Assembly (NCBI GenBank): GCA_030740155.1
Contig: JASLXV010000008.1
Span: forward strand, 1-64,000
Direction of reading: 5' to 3'
Length of the DNA stretch: 64,000 nt
Origin: Dehalococcoidia bacterium
Lineage (GTDB): Bacteria > Chloroflexota > Dehalococcoidia > Lucifugimonadales > UBA3495
The notes under the pieces were generated by a model that worked only from the letters and a program-made list of their open reading frames with translations, did not search any database and had not been told where the DNA came from. Positions 18,551 through 27,812 of this stretch are shown one piece after another (positions within the stretch are counted from its first letter, which is position 1; every line of letters starts with the position of its first letter). The position numbers were made by a program, and so were the translations under genes.

Positions 18551-19774
18551 CTATCCCCCACCGCCCGGAAAAACCACCCTAGCGACGGCTATAGTGGCCC
18601 GAGATGTCTTGACCCGGGTTACCAGCAGCTCCTGGCTCCCCACGGCTAGAAGCGCCGCGGGCTCCGATACTCCCCACAAACCCAGCAGCCGGTGCGCCAC
18701 CGGCGAAGGGGTCGGCCTACTTGATGCCTTACCGCCGGCAGAAGCTTCGCCCCCCTTTGGTAAAGGGGGGTTGGGGGGGATCCCCCCCAACCCCCCGGCC
18801 GGCAACGGCCGCGGGCCGAACACGCTGTTCAGCTCCTCGGCGCTGTAACAAAGCATCGGTACACCGTGTTCGCCGGCCAGGGAGCGCAGCCCCGGCTCGT
18901 CCTGCTTCAGCTCCGCCGTGGCGACACACCGGAGGCTTCCCAGCGCCAGATTGTGGCGGCGGAAGGTGTCGGTGAGCAGGTCTTCCAACTCCTGAGCCGG
19001 GACACCGCGCCGGCATCCCATACCCGCGGCCAAGGTGCGCGGCCGGAAGACCACCGCGGGCCGATCCCCAAACGCGGACTGGTAGCTTCCCGGCTGACCG
19101 GGAACGGGGTCCTGGCGGTCGGTGATGACCAACGCGGCAGCGCAACTGGACTGGACCAGGCATTCCAGGGTGGGGTACTCGGTGATGTTGCCGGGCAACG
19201 GCCGGTCTTGAGGCCTCCAATTAGGCTCTCCTGCCTCTTGGAAGACCCCCACGGGGTCCCCATTCACCACAGCAGCGCTGGCCCGGGTCACCGCCACCGG
19301 CTTCGCCTCCAGCGTCCAGCCGAATTCCTGGCCCAAGAGGTCCACCGCCAGCGTTCCGGCAACGTGGGAGGCCGAGGTGACCACCGGCGTGGCGCCCAGG
19401 GCTCGGGCCACCTCTTCCGCCAGAAGGTCGGCCCCGCCCAGGTGTCCGGACAGCAGGCTCACCGCGAAACGGCCGGCGTCGTCCACGCAAACCACGGCCG
19501 GGTCTTGGCGCTTGTCCTTGAGGCAGGGTGCCAGGAGCCGCACCGCTGCTCCAACGGTCATAAACAACACCAGGCGTTGGTACTCCTCAAAAACCTGGTG
19601 GACCAGGGTCCGAGCCGGTGGGTCGAAGGGCATGGACTCGCTGTCATCCAGGGTATCGTCCTGATAGAAGCGGCGTGGGAGGTATATGGTCGTGTCACCG
19701 GGCAGGGACGCGGCCAAGGAGCGCGCCAGCACCGAGCCCTGGCGGGAGACCGCCACGATGGCAGTGCGGGTCAT
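18551..19774 (-). CDS. cbiG: cobalt-precorrin-5A hydrolase
   Basis: GAAVRLLAP...DKRQDPAVV, SLLSGHLGGA, GMGCRRG, GVSEPAAL; carries a repeat-derived insertion. Confidence 0.9.
   Translation of the reverse strand: MTRTAIVAVSRQGSVLARSLAASLPGDTTIYLPRRFYQDDTLDDSESMPFDPPARTLVHQVFEEYQRLVLFMTVGAAVRLLAPCLKDKRQDPAVVCVDDAGRFAVSLLSGHLGGADLLAEEVARALGATPVVTSASHVAGTLAVDLLGQEFGWTLEAKPVAVTRASAAVVNGDPVGVFQEAGEPNWRPQDRPLPGNITEYPTLECLVQSSCAAALVITDRQDPVPGQPGSYQSAFGDRPAVVFRPRTLAAGMGCRRGVPAQELEDLLTDTFRRHNLALGSLRCVATAELKQDEPGLRSLAGEHGVPMLCYSAEELNSVFGPRPLPAGGLGGIPPNPPLPKGGEASAGGKASSRPTPSPVAHRLLGLWGVSEPAALLAVGSQELLVTRVKTSRATIAVARVVFPGGGG
18750..18796. repeat. G/C-run palindromic repeat inside cbiG
   Basis: CCCCCCTTT-GGT-AAAGGGGGG overlapping a 32 bp perfect palindrome at 18765-18796. 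Confidence 0.8.
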
Positions 19775-19784
19775 GGCCGCGGCC

Positions 19785-20633
19785 TCACCGCGCACCCTGG
19801 CTACGGGTGGTGGCGTCAGACGATTTCGAATCGGACTCCGCCTGCCGGTACAGGTGGGTGTAGCTCTTCGAGTAGAGATGCGATGAGGCTTGGGTATCCC
19901 CCGAAGGGTCCGGCTGACGCAACGCCGGGTCCAACACCTTGCCTACCAGAATCAACGCCTGCCGGGTAATTTTGGCTGCCCTCACCTTCGTGGCGATGTC
20001 GGCGAGGGTGCCCCGGATCACTTTTTCGTCGGGCCAGCCAACCCGGTATACCACCGCTACCGGGGTTTCCTTTGGGTAACCGGAGGCCCGCAATTCCCTG
20101 GCAATCCTGGCCATTCTGGGTATGCTCAGGAATATCACCAGAGTGCTGCCGTGGGCCGCCAACTCCCGTAGCTGCTCCCCCGAGGGCATTGGGATGCGCC
20201 CCTCGGCCCTGGTCATGATCACCGTCTGGGAGACCTCGGGGGCGGTCAACTCAACCTTGAGGCAGGCGGCGGCGGCAAACGCCGAGCTGACGCCGGGTAT
20301 TATCTCGTAGTCGATGCCCTCCCTTTCCAGGACCCGCATCTGCTCCAGTATGGCGCCGTAGATGGCTGGGTCACCGCTCTGAATGCGGGCCACCGTCTTA
20401 CCCTGGCCCACCGCCGTGATCACCAATTCCATGATTTCGTCCAGGCTGAGTGACTGGCTGCCGTGCACCTCCGCCCCGGGTCGGGCGAAGTCCACCACGG
20501 ACGGGTGTACCAGCGAGTTGGCGTAGATGACGACGTCGGCGGACTCGATTATCCGCTTCGCCTTGAGGGTCAGCAATTCCGGGTCGCCCGGTCCTCCGCC
20601 GACAATATAGACTTTTCCCTTTTCACTGGCCAT
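19785..20633 (-). CDS. cbiF: cobalt-precorrin-4 C11-methyltransferase
   Basis: GGGPGDPELLT, YANSLV, SGDPAIYGAILEQ, SQTVIMTRAEGR, SHLY. Confidence 0.92.
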   Translation of the reverse strand: MASEKGKVYIVGGGPGDPELLTLKAKRIIESADVVIYANSLVHPSVVDFARPGAEVHGSQSLSLDEIMELVITAVGQGKTVARIQSGDPAIYGAILEQMRVLEREGIDYEIIPGVSSAFAAAACLKVELTAPEVSQTVIMTRAEGRIPMPSGEQLRELAAHGSTLVIFLSIPRMARIARELRASGYPKETPVAVVYRVGWPDEKVIRGTLADIATKVRAAKITRQALILVGKVLDPALRQPDPSGDTQASSHLYSKSYTHLYRQAESDSKSSDATTRSQGAR

Positions 20634-20638
20634 GTGAC

Positions 20639-21376
20639 CTACCTTTTGACGATCAATACCGAGAAGTAGTCCAGGTCGTCCTCTACAAGCTGCCGGAGGT
20701 CACGCACGACTTGTTCTTGGGGCGTGGAGGCCCGCCGCACGTACAGGCCCTTGCCGGCCAACCCCAGGGTCTCCGGATCGGACAGCCCGCCCAGCAAGGT
20801 GCGGTTTACCTTCATCAGAACGATGGTGTCGTAGTTGGCGATGGTCTCGGAGAGGTCGTCGATCCCATAGACCGCCGGCAGGATGGCCAGCCGCTGCCCT
20901 TCAGTCACCAGGGGTATCGTGGCGCTGGCCGCCGCGGCCATCACCGAAGAGACGCCGGGGATGATCTCCACTGGGATGCCGGGGTAAGCGGAGCGGATGC
21001 CGTCCAGCACGTAGGAGAAGGTGCTGTATAGCATCGGGTCCCCTTCGGTGATGAAGGCCACGTCCTGCCCTTGCTGAAGCCGCTTCGCGAGGGTATCCGC
21101 GGCTTGGCGCCACACCGTTGCCGCCGCTGCAGCGTCGTCGGTGGGGAAGGCAAAGCGGAGGACCTCCTGTTTTCCCTCATTCAGGAACTCCTTCACGATG
21201 CCGAGGGCGTAACTGTCCGGCCGCGTCTCGGCGTGGGGCACGCAGATGACCGGAGTGCGCTGGAGGACTCGCAGAGCTTTGAGCGTTAGCAGCTCCGGAT
21301 CGCCAGGCCCCACGCCGATTCCATACAGGCGGCCGCAGCTCACTGAAGACGGGTCGTTGGCCATCGGGTCACTCAT
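20639..21376 (-). CDS. cbiL: cobalt-precorrin-2 C20-methyltransferase
   Basis: GIGVGPGDPELLTLKA, EGDPMLYSTF, VLMKV, YFSVLIV. Confidence 0.92.
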   Translation of the reverse strand: MSDPMANDPSSVSCGRLYGIGVGPGDPELLTLKALRVLQRTPVICVPHAETRPDSYALGIVKEFLNEGKQEVLRFAFPTDDAAAAATVWRQAADTLAKRLQQGQDVAFITEGDPMLYSTFSYVLDGIRSAYPGIPVEIIPGVSSVMAAAASATIPLVTEGQRLAILPAVYGIDDLSETIANYDTIVLMKVNRTLLGGLSDPETLGLAGKGLYVRRASTPQEQVVRDLRQLVEDDLDYFSVLIVKR

Positions 21377-22019
21377 CGCGCCGGGCGCTGACGACGAACA
21401 CCGGATTCTGTGCGTCCAGGCGCACTGTCCCGTCGGTCATCTCCTTTCCCCGAGCCGAACTCACCATCGTCAATTCTGCGGTGAACCCAAGCCCCTTTAG
21501 GTGGTGGTAAGCCTCTTGAGTCCGCTCCAGTACCGCCAGGTTGACCACGATCCGGCCTTGAGGCAGGAGCCGGCTCGCCACCGTGCTCAGGATCGTCGCT
21601 AGACGGCCACCGCTCCCTCCGACAAACACCGAGTCGGGGGCTGCCAGTCCTTCCAGGACCCCCGGCGCCTCGCCTGGGACCACTTGAACGTTGCCGGAAC
21701 TCCATCGGGCCACGTTCCGGCGCAGCAAAGGGAGGCTGTCTTCGTTCCGCTCCACGGCGAACACCGTTCCCTGGTAAGCGATGAGGGCCGCCTCCACGGC
21801 TACCGACCCGGTCCCCGCGCCGATATCCCACACCACGCTGCCGGGGCGCAGGCCCAACGAATACAGGGCGAAGGCCCGGACCTCTCGTTTGGTGATCTGG
21901 CCTCGTTTCGGGCGGCGTTGCTCGAACGCCTCATCGGGCAGGCCAAGGGCCCGGTCAAATCCAATCTCGGGACTCACTTCCCGCTCCGGGGAGGCGGCGC
22001 CGGGTTGTTCGTTAACCAT
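21369..22019 (-). CDS. cbiT: cobalt-precorrin-6B C15-methyltransferase (decarboxylating), stand-alone
   Basis: GLPDEAF, ITKREVR, WDIGAGTGSV, FVGGSGG, AQNPVF; ATG 22019. Confidence 0.88.
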   Translation of the reverse strand: MVNEQPGAASPEREVSPEIGFDRALGLPDEAFEQRRPKRGQITKREVRAFALYSLGLRPGSVVWDIGAGTGSVAVEAALIAYQGTVFAVERNEDSLPLLRRNVARWSSGNVQVVPGEAPGVLEGLAAPDSVFVGGSGGRLATILSTVASRLLPQGRIVVNLAVLERTQEAYHHLKGLGFTAELTMVSSARGKEMTDGTVRLDAQNPVFVVSARRDE

Positions 22020-23223
22020 CGGGGGCCGCGCCCGATGAAGCCACCAGCGGGATGCCGCCGGGAGAAGTGGAGGCCCACCCCAGCAACGACCCGTCGAAGT
22101 CGAAGCACAGAGCATCGACGATCAGCGCGGCGGAGTCCGCGCCCAGGAGCTTCAGGCTTTCGTCGCAGATCAGCCGGCACATGAGGGGGAACACCGCCAG
22201 CAGGCCGTGGGCCTGGGCAATCTCCTGAAAGTGGCGGGCGCTGGAGGCCAGGCGCATCTCCTCTTGGACTTGTGGGGAGGCGCCGCACTCGGCGGCCAGC
22301 GACGCCAGGAACGTGCAATCCACCTTGTTGCCGGCGACGTGAGTAACGAAATAGCCCATGGCCATTTTCGAAAGCTTTCCCACCATGCCCGCGTGGGTGG
22401 CCCGGGCGACCTTCCGGGTGACGCAGCGCTTGAGTGCCGGGCCGCTGAAGATGCCGGCTTCGATGTAGGCCATTTCAGGCAAGTCCAGGCACTGTTTGGT
22501 GAAGGCCTCGCTCTGGGTGCCGGTGGACAGTACCAGGTGAGGCAGCCCGTTGGCCGACGCCACGTCGATGGCCATATGGACGCTGGCCCGCCACGCCGCC
22601 GTCGAGTAAGGCTGGACCACGCCAGTACTGCCCAGGATGGAAATGCCGCCCATTATTCCCAGGCGGGCGTTGGTCGTTTTCTTGGCGATTTCCTCTCCGC
22701 CGGGGACTGAAACCTGCACGATGAAGCCGGCCTCCGCTCCCAGTCCCTGGCTGCCGGCGGCCTCCCGCACCGACTCAATGATCATCCGCCGGGGCACGCG
22801 CGTGACCGCGGGCTCGCCGATAGCGATGCCGGTGCCGGGCCGGGTCACCGTTCCCACGCCGAGGCCTCCCACGATTCGGACCTCCCCTGTAGCCTCAGGG
22901 TCTAAGGAAACGGTGGCGCAAATCTCCGCGCCGTGGGTCGCGTCGGGGTCGTCGCCGCCGTCCTTGATGGTCGAGCAGAGGACGGCTTTGCCGTTGCCGG
23001 CCCACTCACACCGATGCACGCGCATCGTGACGTCCCGGCCGATGGGGAGATGAATCGAGACCTCGCCGACGGGGTTGCCGGTGAGCAGCGCCAAGGTGGC
23101 CGCCTTGGCTGCCGCTGCGGCGCAGGCACCGGTTGTGTAGCCGGTGCGAAGCCCTCGTCCCCTAACCGTCGGGAGGCTGTATTCGCTTTCTTGCCTTCCG
23201 TTCGCGGCCTGGCCATCATTCAT
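22012..23223 (-). CDS. cbiD: cobalt-precorrin-5B C1-methyltransferase
   Basis: LRTGYTTGACAAAA, KDGGDDPDATHG, GGISILGSTG; start trimmed to ATG 23223. Confidence 0.93.
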   Translation of the reverse strand: MNDGQAANGRQESEYSLPTVRGRGLRTGYTTGACAAAAAKAATLALLTGNPVGEVSIHLPIGRDVTMRVHRCEWAGNGKAVLCSTIKDGGDDPDATHGAEICATVSLDPEATGEVRIVGGLGVGTVTRPGTGIAIGEPAVTRVPRRMIIESVREAAGSQGLGAEAGFIVQVSVPGGEEIAKKTTNARLGIMGGISILGSTGVVQPYSTAAWRASVHMAIDVASANGLPHLVLSTGTQSEAFTKQCLDLPEMAYIEAGIFSGPALKRCVTRKVARATHAGMVGKLSKMAMGYFVTHVAGNKVDCTFLASLAAECGASPQVQEEMRLASSARHFQEIAQAHGLLAVFPLMCRLICDESLKLLGADSAALIVDALCFDFDGSLLGWASTSPGGIPLVASSGAAPDG

Positions 23224-23252
23224 CAGCGCGTCTTGTCCTCTGGCCGCACGTC

Positions 23253-24179
23253 TCAGGGCCCGTTGGTCTCCGCCCGTTCCCAGAGTTCCCGGACTCGTTC
23301 CGCCGCCACGGTTATCACCCGGTCGTCCACGCCAAGGGGAGGGGCGACCGCCATGGGCACATCCGGGTACTTTTGGCGCAACTGGTCCATACCGCCCAAC
23401 ACGTTTCGTTTCAGGATCAGACCCGGAAAAAACAGGTAGGGGACACACAGAACGGCGGATGCGTGGCGCTCTTCGACCAGGTATCGGGCGGCCGACTCCA
23501 TCGTCGGGTCGCCGTAGTGGGACTGGGCCGCCGCCACCGCGTAGCCCGGCCCCAAACGCTTCTCGACGAGCCGGCCCAACTCCTCCAACCACAGGCAATC
23601 ATCATATTGGGTCTGGGTGCCGGCCTTTACCAGCAGGATCCCGGCGGTGCGGTCTCCGCCATTGGGAGATGGCAGAAGACCCCTCATTCCGAGCACCCGC
23701 TGCACCACCAGGTCGGCCAGTTGGGGGTCCGCGCCGAGCCCTTCGGCCAGGTAGATCTGCACCTGGGGGGATTGGACTCGCAGCTCCGTCAGCATCTCGT
23801 CCAGTTCCAGCGTCGCATGCTTGCCGTGGCCCAGCAGAAAGGGCATCACCGCCACCCGGCGAAATCCCCGGTCTTTCAGCAGGCCGATGGCCTGCTCCGG
23901 AAACGGCTGGATGAACTCGAGACACGATAATACGACCTGGCTGCTTTGGAGCCCCAAAAGTGCCTGGAGGCGGGTCGCTGCCTCGTTAAGCCCCTGGGGG
24001 GTGCTGGGGCATTGCTGGCACCATTCCGGCACCTCCGAGTGCTTCCAAGAGCAAGAGCATTCGCTCCGGTCCGTGCCTCGCTGGCTGCCGTGGCCCAGTA
24101 ACACCACGCCCCAGGTGGAAGGGCTGGAGCCGGGGCCAGGTCCGGCAATGGCTGGGGCCCGCCTAACCTCGCTGGTCAC
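23253..24179 (-). CDS. cbiX: two-domain CbiX/SirB-type cobaltochelatase with Cys-rich insertion
   Basis: VLLGHGS, LEF.QP, PFLLGHGKH, second repeat PYLFFPG...PPLG; GTG 24179 overlaps cbiC stop. Confidence 0.8.
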   Translation of the reverse strand: MTSEVRRAPAIAGPGPGSSPSTWGVVLLGHGSQRGTDRSECSCSWKHSEVPEWCQQCPSTPQGLNEAATRLQALLGLQSSQVVLSCLEFIQPFPEQAIGLLKDRGFRRVAVMPFLLGHGKHATLELDEMLTELRVQSPQVQIYLAEGLGADPQLADLVVQRVLGMRGLLPSPNGGDRTAGILLVKAGTQTQYDDCLWLEELGRLVEKRLGPGYAVAAAQSHYGDPTMESAARYLVEERHASAVLCVPYLFFPGLILKRNVLGGMDQLRQKYPDVPMAVAPPLGVDDRVITVAAERVRELWERAETNGP

Positions 24180-24826
24180 GGTGTGTCCGCCTCCTTCGTC
24201 AGGGACAGCAGCGTGTTCACCGTGGCCGCGGCCGCTGAGCTGCCGCCACGATATTCTTCGATGCAGATGTGAGGAACGGAGCTGCGTAGCAACTCCTCTT
24301 TGGACTCGGCACACGCCACGAAGCCCACGGGCATGCCGATGACCAACGCGGGCGCAACCAGCCCCTCGTTGACCAGGTCCAACACGGCCAGTAAAGCGGT
24401 GGGGGCATTGCCCACCGCCACGACCGCGCCATCCATGTACGGGGCAAGTTCACGCATTGCGGCCACGGACCGGGTGGTCCCATCCTTCTGGGCCCTGGCC
24501 GCCACCTCGGGGGTAGCTATTGCGCATCGAGTGGACACCCGCCGGCTAGAAAGCAACGCCTTGGAGATCCCAACTTCCACCATCCGGACATCGGTGATGA
24601 CCTGGGCTCCGGTTTGTAGGGCGGCCACTCCCCGTTCCACGGCGCCGGGGCTGAACCGGACCGCTCGGGCGATCTCTGGGTCCCCTTCGGCCCGCACTAT
24701 GCGGCACACCAGGTACCGTTCGTCGGGAGACAGGGATAGGGAATCGGGCAGGCTGGCCTCGACTCTCCTGAAGCTCTCCCGGTCGATCTCATCGGGCAGA
24801 AGGGCGTATTTTTCTACTAGAGACAT
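24176..24826 (-). CDS. cbiC: cobalt-precorrin-8 methylmutase
   Basis: TDVRMV, TTRS, VGNAPTAL, GMPVGFV, RGGS. Confidence 0.92.
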   Translation of the reverse strand: MSLVEKYALLPDEIDRESFRRVEASLPDSLSLSPDERYLVCRIVRAEGDPEIARAVRFSPGAVERGVAALQTGAQVITDVRMVEVGISKALLSSRRVSTRCAIATPEVAARAQKDGTTRSVAAMRELAPYMDGAVVAVGNAPTALLAVLDLVNEGLVAPALVIGMPVGFVACAESKEELLRSSVPHICIEEYRGGSSAAAATVNTLLSLTKEADTP

Positions 24827-24866
24827 AGCTCCCGCGGGTATTCGGCTTGCGGGCTTCGAGGGGGCC

Positions 24867-26174
24867 CTACTGGTTTTCGTCGGCCAGCCGGAATATCTCT
24901 TTCGCCACTCGGAGGTCGGCCGGTTCACGCCGGCCTTTCAGGTAGACCGTCGGGCTATGGAGCAGCTTGTTCACGATGGCGTGGGTCATGGCCTCCACGG
25001 AGGCGAGCTGGTCGGGGGTCAGGTTGCCGTCCAGCTTTCTAAGGGTTTTCCCCAGTTCCCCTTCCCGTATCTCCTCCGCCCGGCCGCGCAGCGCGAGCAT
25101 CGTCGGCAATACCGCCAGGGTGCGCCACCACTCCTGAAAATGTACCGCCTCTTCGCCAACAACATCTTCGGCCCGCCGGGCTTCTCGCTCTTTCTCCTGA
25201 CGGTTGGCTTCGGAAACGGTCTCCAGGCTATCGACGTCGTGTAGGTGAACATTATCGATCCGGCCAGCGGCGGGGTCAATATCCCGGGGGACGGCGATGT
25301 CGAGAAGGAAGAGGGGCCGTTCCGGGCGCAGCGCCATGACTTCGCGCACCACACCGGCCTCCAAGATGTACCCCGGAGAGCCGGTACAGCATATAACTAT
25401 GTCCGCGCGACGCAGGGCTTTTGCCAGGTCTTGGAAGGGTATTGCCCGGCCCGATAAACTGGTAGCCAGCTCCTCGGCCCGCTCATAGGTGCGGTTGATC
25501 ACCGTTATCTCCCGCACCCCGGACCGGCTCAGCGCTAAAGCGGCCAGTTTCCCCGCGTCCCCGGCGCCCACGACCGTCACTCGAAGTTTGTGGAGTTCCC
25601 CCAAAACGCATCTGGCCAGTTCCACGCAGGCCCGGCTGACCGACGAGGCGTTGCGGCCGATTTCGGTCTCGCGACGTACCTTGCGTCCTACACCCAACGC
25701 CCGCTGGAAGAGGTGCGAAAGGGGGCCTGGAATGGTGTCCAACCGGCTGGCGGTGTCTAGGGCGGCCCTGACCTGGCCGATGATCTGATCTTCGCCCAGA
25801 ATCATTGAATCCAGGCTGGAGGCCACCCGGAAAAGGTGGTGGATACACTCCTGGCCGCGGTCGATGTAGAGGTAGCGCTCGATGTCCACCAGGGAGATGT
25901 CGAACCGGTCCGCCAGGAACTGCTTGATTCGCTGCTCCCCTCCCCCCAGGTGGCGGTGTGAACTCGACGCGCCCTCCGGCTCCATGGCGTAGAACTCAGA
26001 GCGGTTGCAGGTGCAGAGGATCACTCCCGGCACCCCATAGCGTTTCATGATCTTCAGCGCGCCGGGCAACTGGGCTTTGGTCAGCGAAAGTTTCTCCCGA
26101 ACTCCCAGAGGAGCGGTGCGATGGTTTAGCCCGATGACCAGGAATTCCGACGGCGACGCCTCGTTGGAACTCAT
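24867..26174 (-). CDS. hemA: glutamyl-tRNA reductase
   Basis: GLNHRTAP, TCNRSE, SSLDSMILGEDQI, GAG, DIAVPRDI; ATG 26174. Confidence 0.94.
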   Translation of the reverse strand: MSSNEASPSEFLVIGLNHRTAPLGVREKLSLTKAQLPGALKIMKRYGVPGVILCTCNRSEFYAMEPEGASSSHRHLGGGEQRIKQFLADRFDISLVDIERYLYIDRGQECIHHLFRVASSLDSMILGEDQIIGQVRAALDTASRLDTIPGPLSHLFQRALGVGRKVRRETEIGRNASSVSRACVELARCVLGELHKLRVTVVGAGDAGKLAALALSRSGVREITVINRTYERAEELATSLSGRAIPFQDLAKALRRADIVICCTGSPGYILEAGVVREVMALRPERPLFLLDIAVPRDIDPAAGRIDNVHLHDVDSLETVSEANRQEKEREARRAEDVVGEEAVHFQEWWRTLAVLPTMLALRGRAEEIREGELGKTLRKLDGNLTPDQLASVEAMTHAIVNKLLHSPTVYLKGRREPADLRVAKEIFRLADENQ

Positions 26175-26530
26175 TCCGTCCAGCGGTTCCCCGGCGCCGC
26201 CAGACCTGCCGACCGTGGCGAAGCAGATCTCCCGGACCATTCACCAGTCTTTGAGCACCCTATCAGTGTATCCATGTCGTTACCGGAGGGGCACCGCAGC
26301 GTCTTTGACAGCTGGTAGACTCTTTCGAGCCATAGTGCGACACCGTATGAATTCGTATTGAGCGAGAAATCACATCGAACAGATGCGAGTTTAATAGGGA
26401 CTACCATTACTGTCAACGTTCGTGGGAACCGGGTTGAGTGGGGGTTGATCCGGTGCGGCGTCCGTACGGCACGAAGAGTTGACATAAGAGGGGGGTGGAG
26501 TTACTGACGGTTGCATCGATGGCAGCAGCC

Positions 26531-26578
26531 GAAATCCCCCTGTATCCCCCTTTACAAAGGGGGAAGAAAGGGGATTTC
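26531..26578. repeat. intergenic G/C-run palindromic repeat, same type as the cbiG insertion
   Basis: GAAATCCCC...CCCCCTTT-AC-AAAGGGGG...GGGGATTTC nested hairpin. Confidence 0.75.
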
Positions 26579-26680
26579 ACCAATCAATCAAGCCCTCGAT
26601 CGAGTTTCGGAGCCTATTCAAGGGGCAGGCAGGTGGGCGGGCGGGCCGTCTTGCCTCCCTCTGAAGTCGCCCGGTCTGAG

Positions 26681-26935
26681 CTAAAGAGCTTCGGTGGGGT
26701 GAGGTTCGCGGACGAACATACCCTCTAAGATTCTCTGAAGCGCCATGGTGTGGCTGCAAACCCCTCGCGTGGAGAAGAAATGACACCCGCACTGCCAAGC
26801 GCCGGAGTCGAAGTCGACATCGTAGGTATCATGATTACCCTGGAACGAGGCTTTGAAGCTGGTGATGTTTACCCGTTCTTTCTCTTCTGCGTATCTCTTG
26901 GCCTTTTCGATCTTGCCGATAATGCCAGAGTCCAT
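26681..26935 (-). CDS. small SWIM-like zinc-finger protein (84 aa)
   Basis: MDSGIIGKIEKAKRYAEE...CGC...CSH; GGAGGT SD; own promoter. Confidence 0.8.
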   Translation of the reverse strand: MDSGIIGKIEKAKRYAEEKERVNITSFKASFQGNHDTYDVDFDSGAWQCGCHFFSTRGVCSHTMALQRILEGMFVREPHPTEAL

Positions 26936-26969
26936 CAGCACCTCCCGAAAACTCAACCCTGTCAACATA

Positions 26970-26998
26970 ATTGTACGAGGCTGACAGGTAAGGGTCAA
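26970..26998 (-). promoter_or_regulatory. sigma70-type promoter
   Basis: TTGACC-17 bp-TACAAT on the minus strand. Confidence 0.6.
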
Positions 26999-27057
26999 GG
27001 CGGACGAGCAGGAAGGAAGGGATTGATGGGAGGCCGGTTGTGGTGGTTCCCAGCGCG

Positions 27058-27534
27058 TCACTCACCCGATGGACGCGGCACCACCAAACCCGCCATGTAG
27101 TAAACGGTTGGGGTCCCGAGCGCCACGCTCGCCACTCCGGCCATCAAGATGATTAATCCCGCTCCGATCACGAGATCGGTCACTCCGAACCCAACCACGG
27201 CGAGATTCAAGGCCGTCCTCAGAGCGACTCCGTCGATAGTGGATGCCCGCCTAGGGTCATCCCGGTCCAACTGGGAATAGGGCCCCCACCTGCCCAGTGT
27301 GTGGGATTTGATGGCATCGGCCTGCGCCTTCGCGGTGGCGGCGCTGTTCACTGGGACTCCGGGAATGGCCGAGTCGTCGGTGGTAGTGATTTGCTCGTCG
27401 ACCAACTGCTGCTTTACTTCGTCCCTGGTGTTGAGGCCTTCGATGACAAAAAACAAGCCGGCGGCAACCAATGCCAACCCGACGAGTAATGTGGTAATCC
27501 ACGGTAGGTGACGCCTGAGGACGTAAACCATCAT
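27058..27534 (-). CDS. hypothetical membrane protein
   Basis: N- and C-terminal hydrophobic helices around a soluble loop; GGAGG SD. Confidence 0.75.
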   Translation of the reverse strand: MMVYVLRRHLPWITTLLVGLALVAAGLFFVIEGLNTRDEVKQQLVDEQITTTDDSAIPGVPVNSAATAKAQADAIKSHTLGRWGPYSQLDRDDPRRASTIDGVALRTALNLAVVGFGVTDLVIGAGLIILMAGVASVALGTPTVYYMAGLVVPRPSGE

Positions 27535-27812
27535 GTTCCTCCCGCATGCTGTCTGTTCCAGGTACTTCTGCCTTGGCTTGAAGGGGATTTACCAGACCAA
27601 ACTGATTTCCGTGAGCAAGGGATCATTCAGAGTACCGGGTACCATAAATCTCCACCCTGGGCGCGTCAACCGGCACCCAATTCCAGTCAATTCAGCGTAA
27701 TCCGTATTTGGCCAGTGAATCTGCCACCTGCTCCCTGGCTTGCGATGGGTAGGAAGGGCGGCGGGACCTGGACGGTTTGGGACCGGCCTTGCCTCAAAAG
27801 TGCTCTGGAGTA

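Noticed and set aside
26359..26374. CRP-like site TGAGC-N6-TCACA (similar one at 11345-11360)
   Set aside because: Only one half-site matches well; expected by chance
26175..26500. Cobalamin riboswitch upstream of the hemA-cbi operon
   Set aside because: GCCAGACCTGCC (~26199-26210) resembles the riboswitch 3' end but is on the wrong strand, and no B12-box core is visible on the minus strand; an Infernal search with RF00174 would settle it
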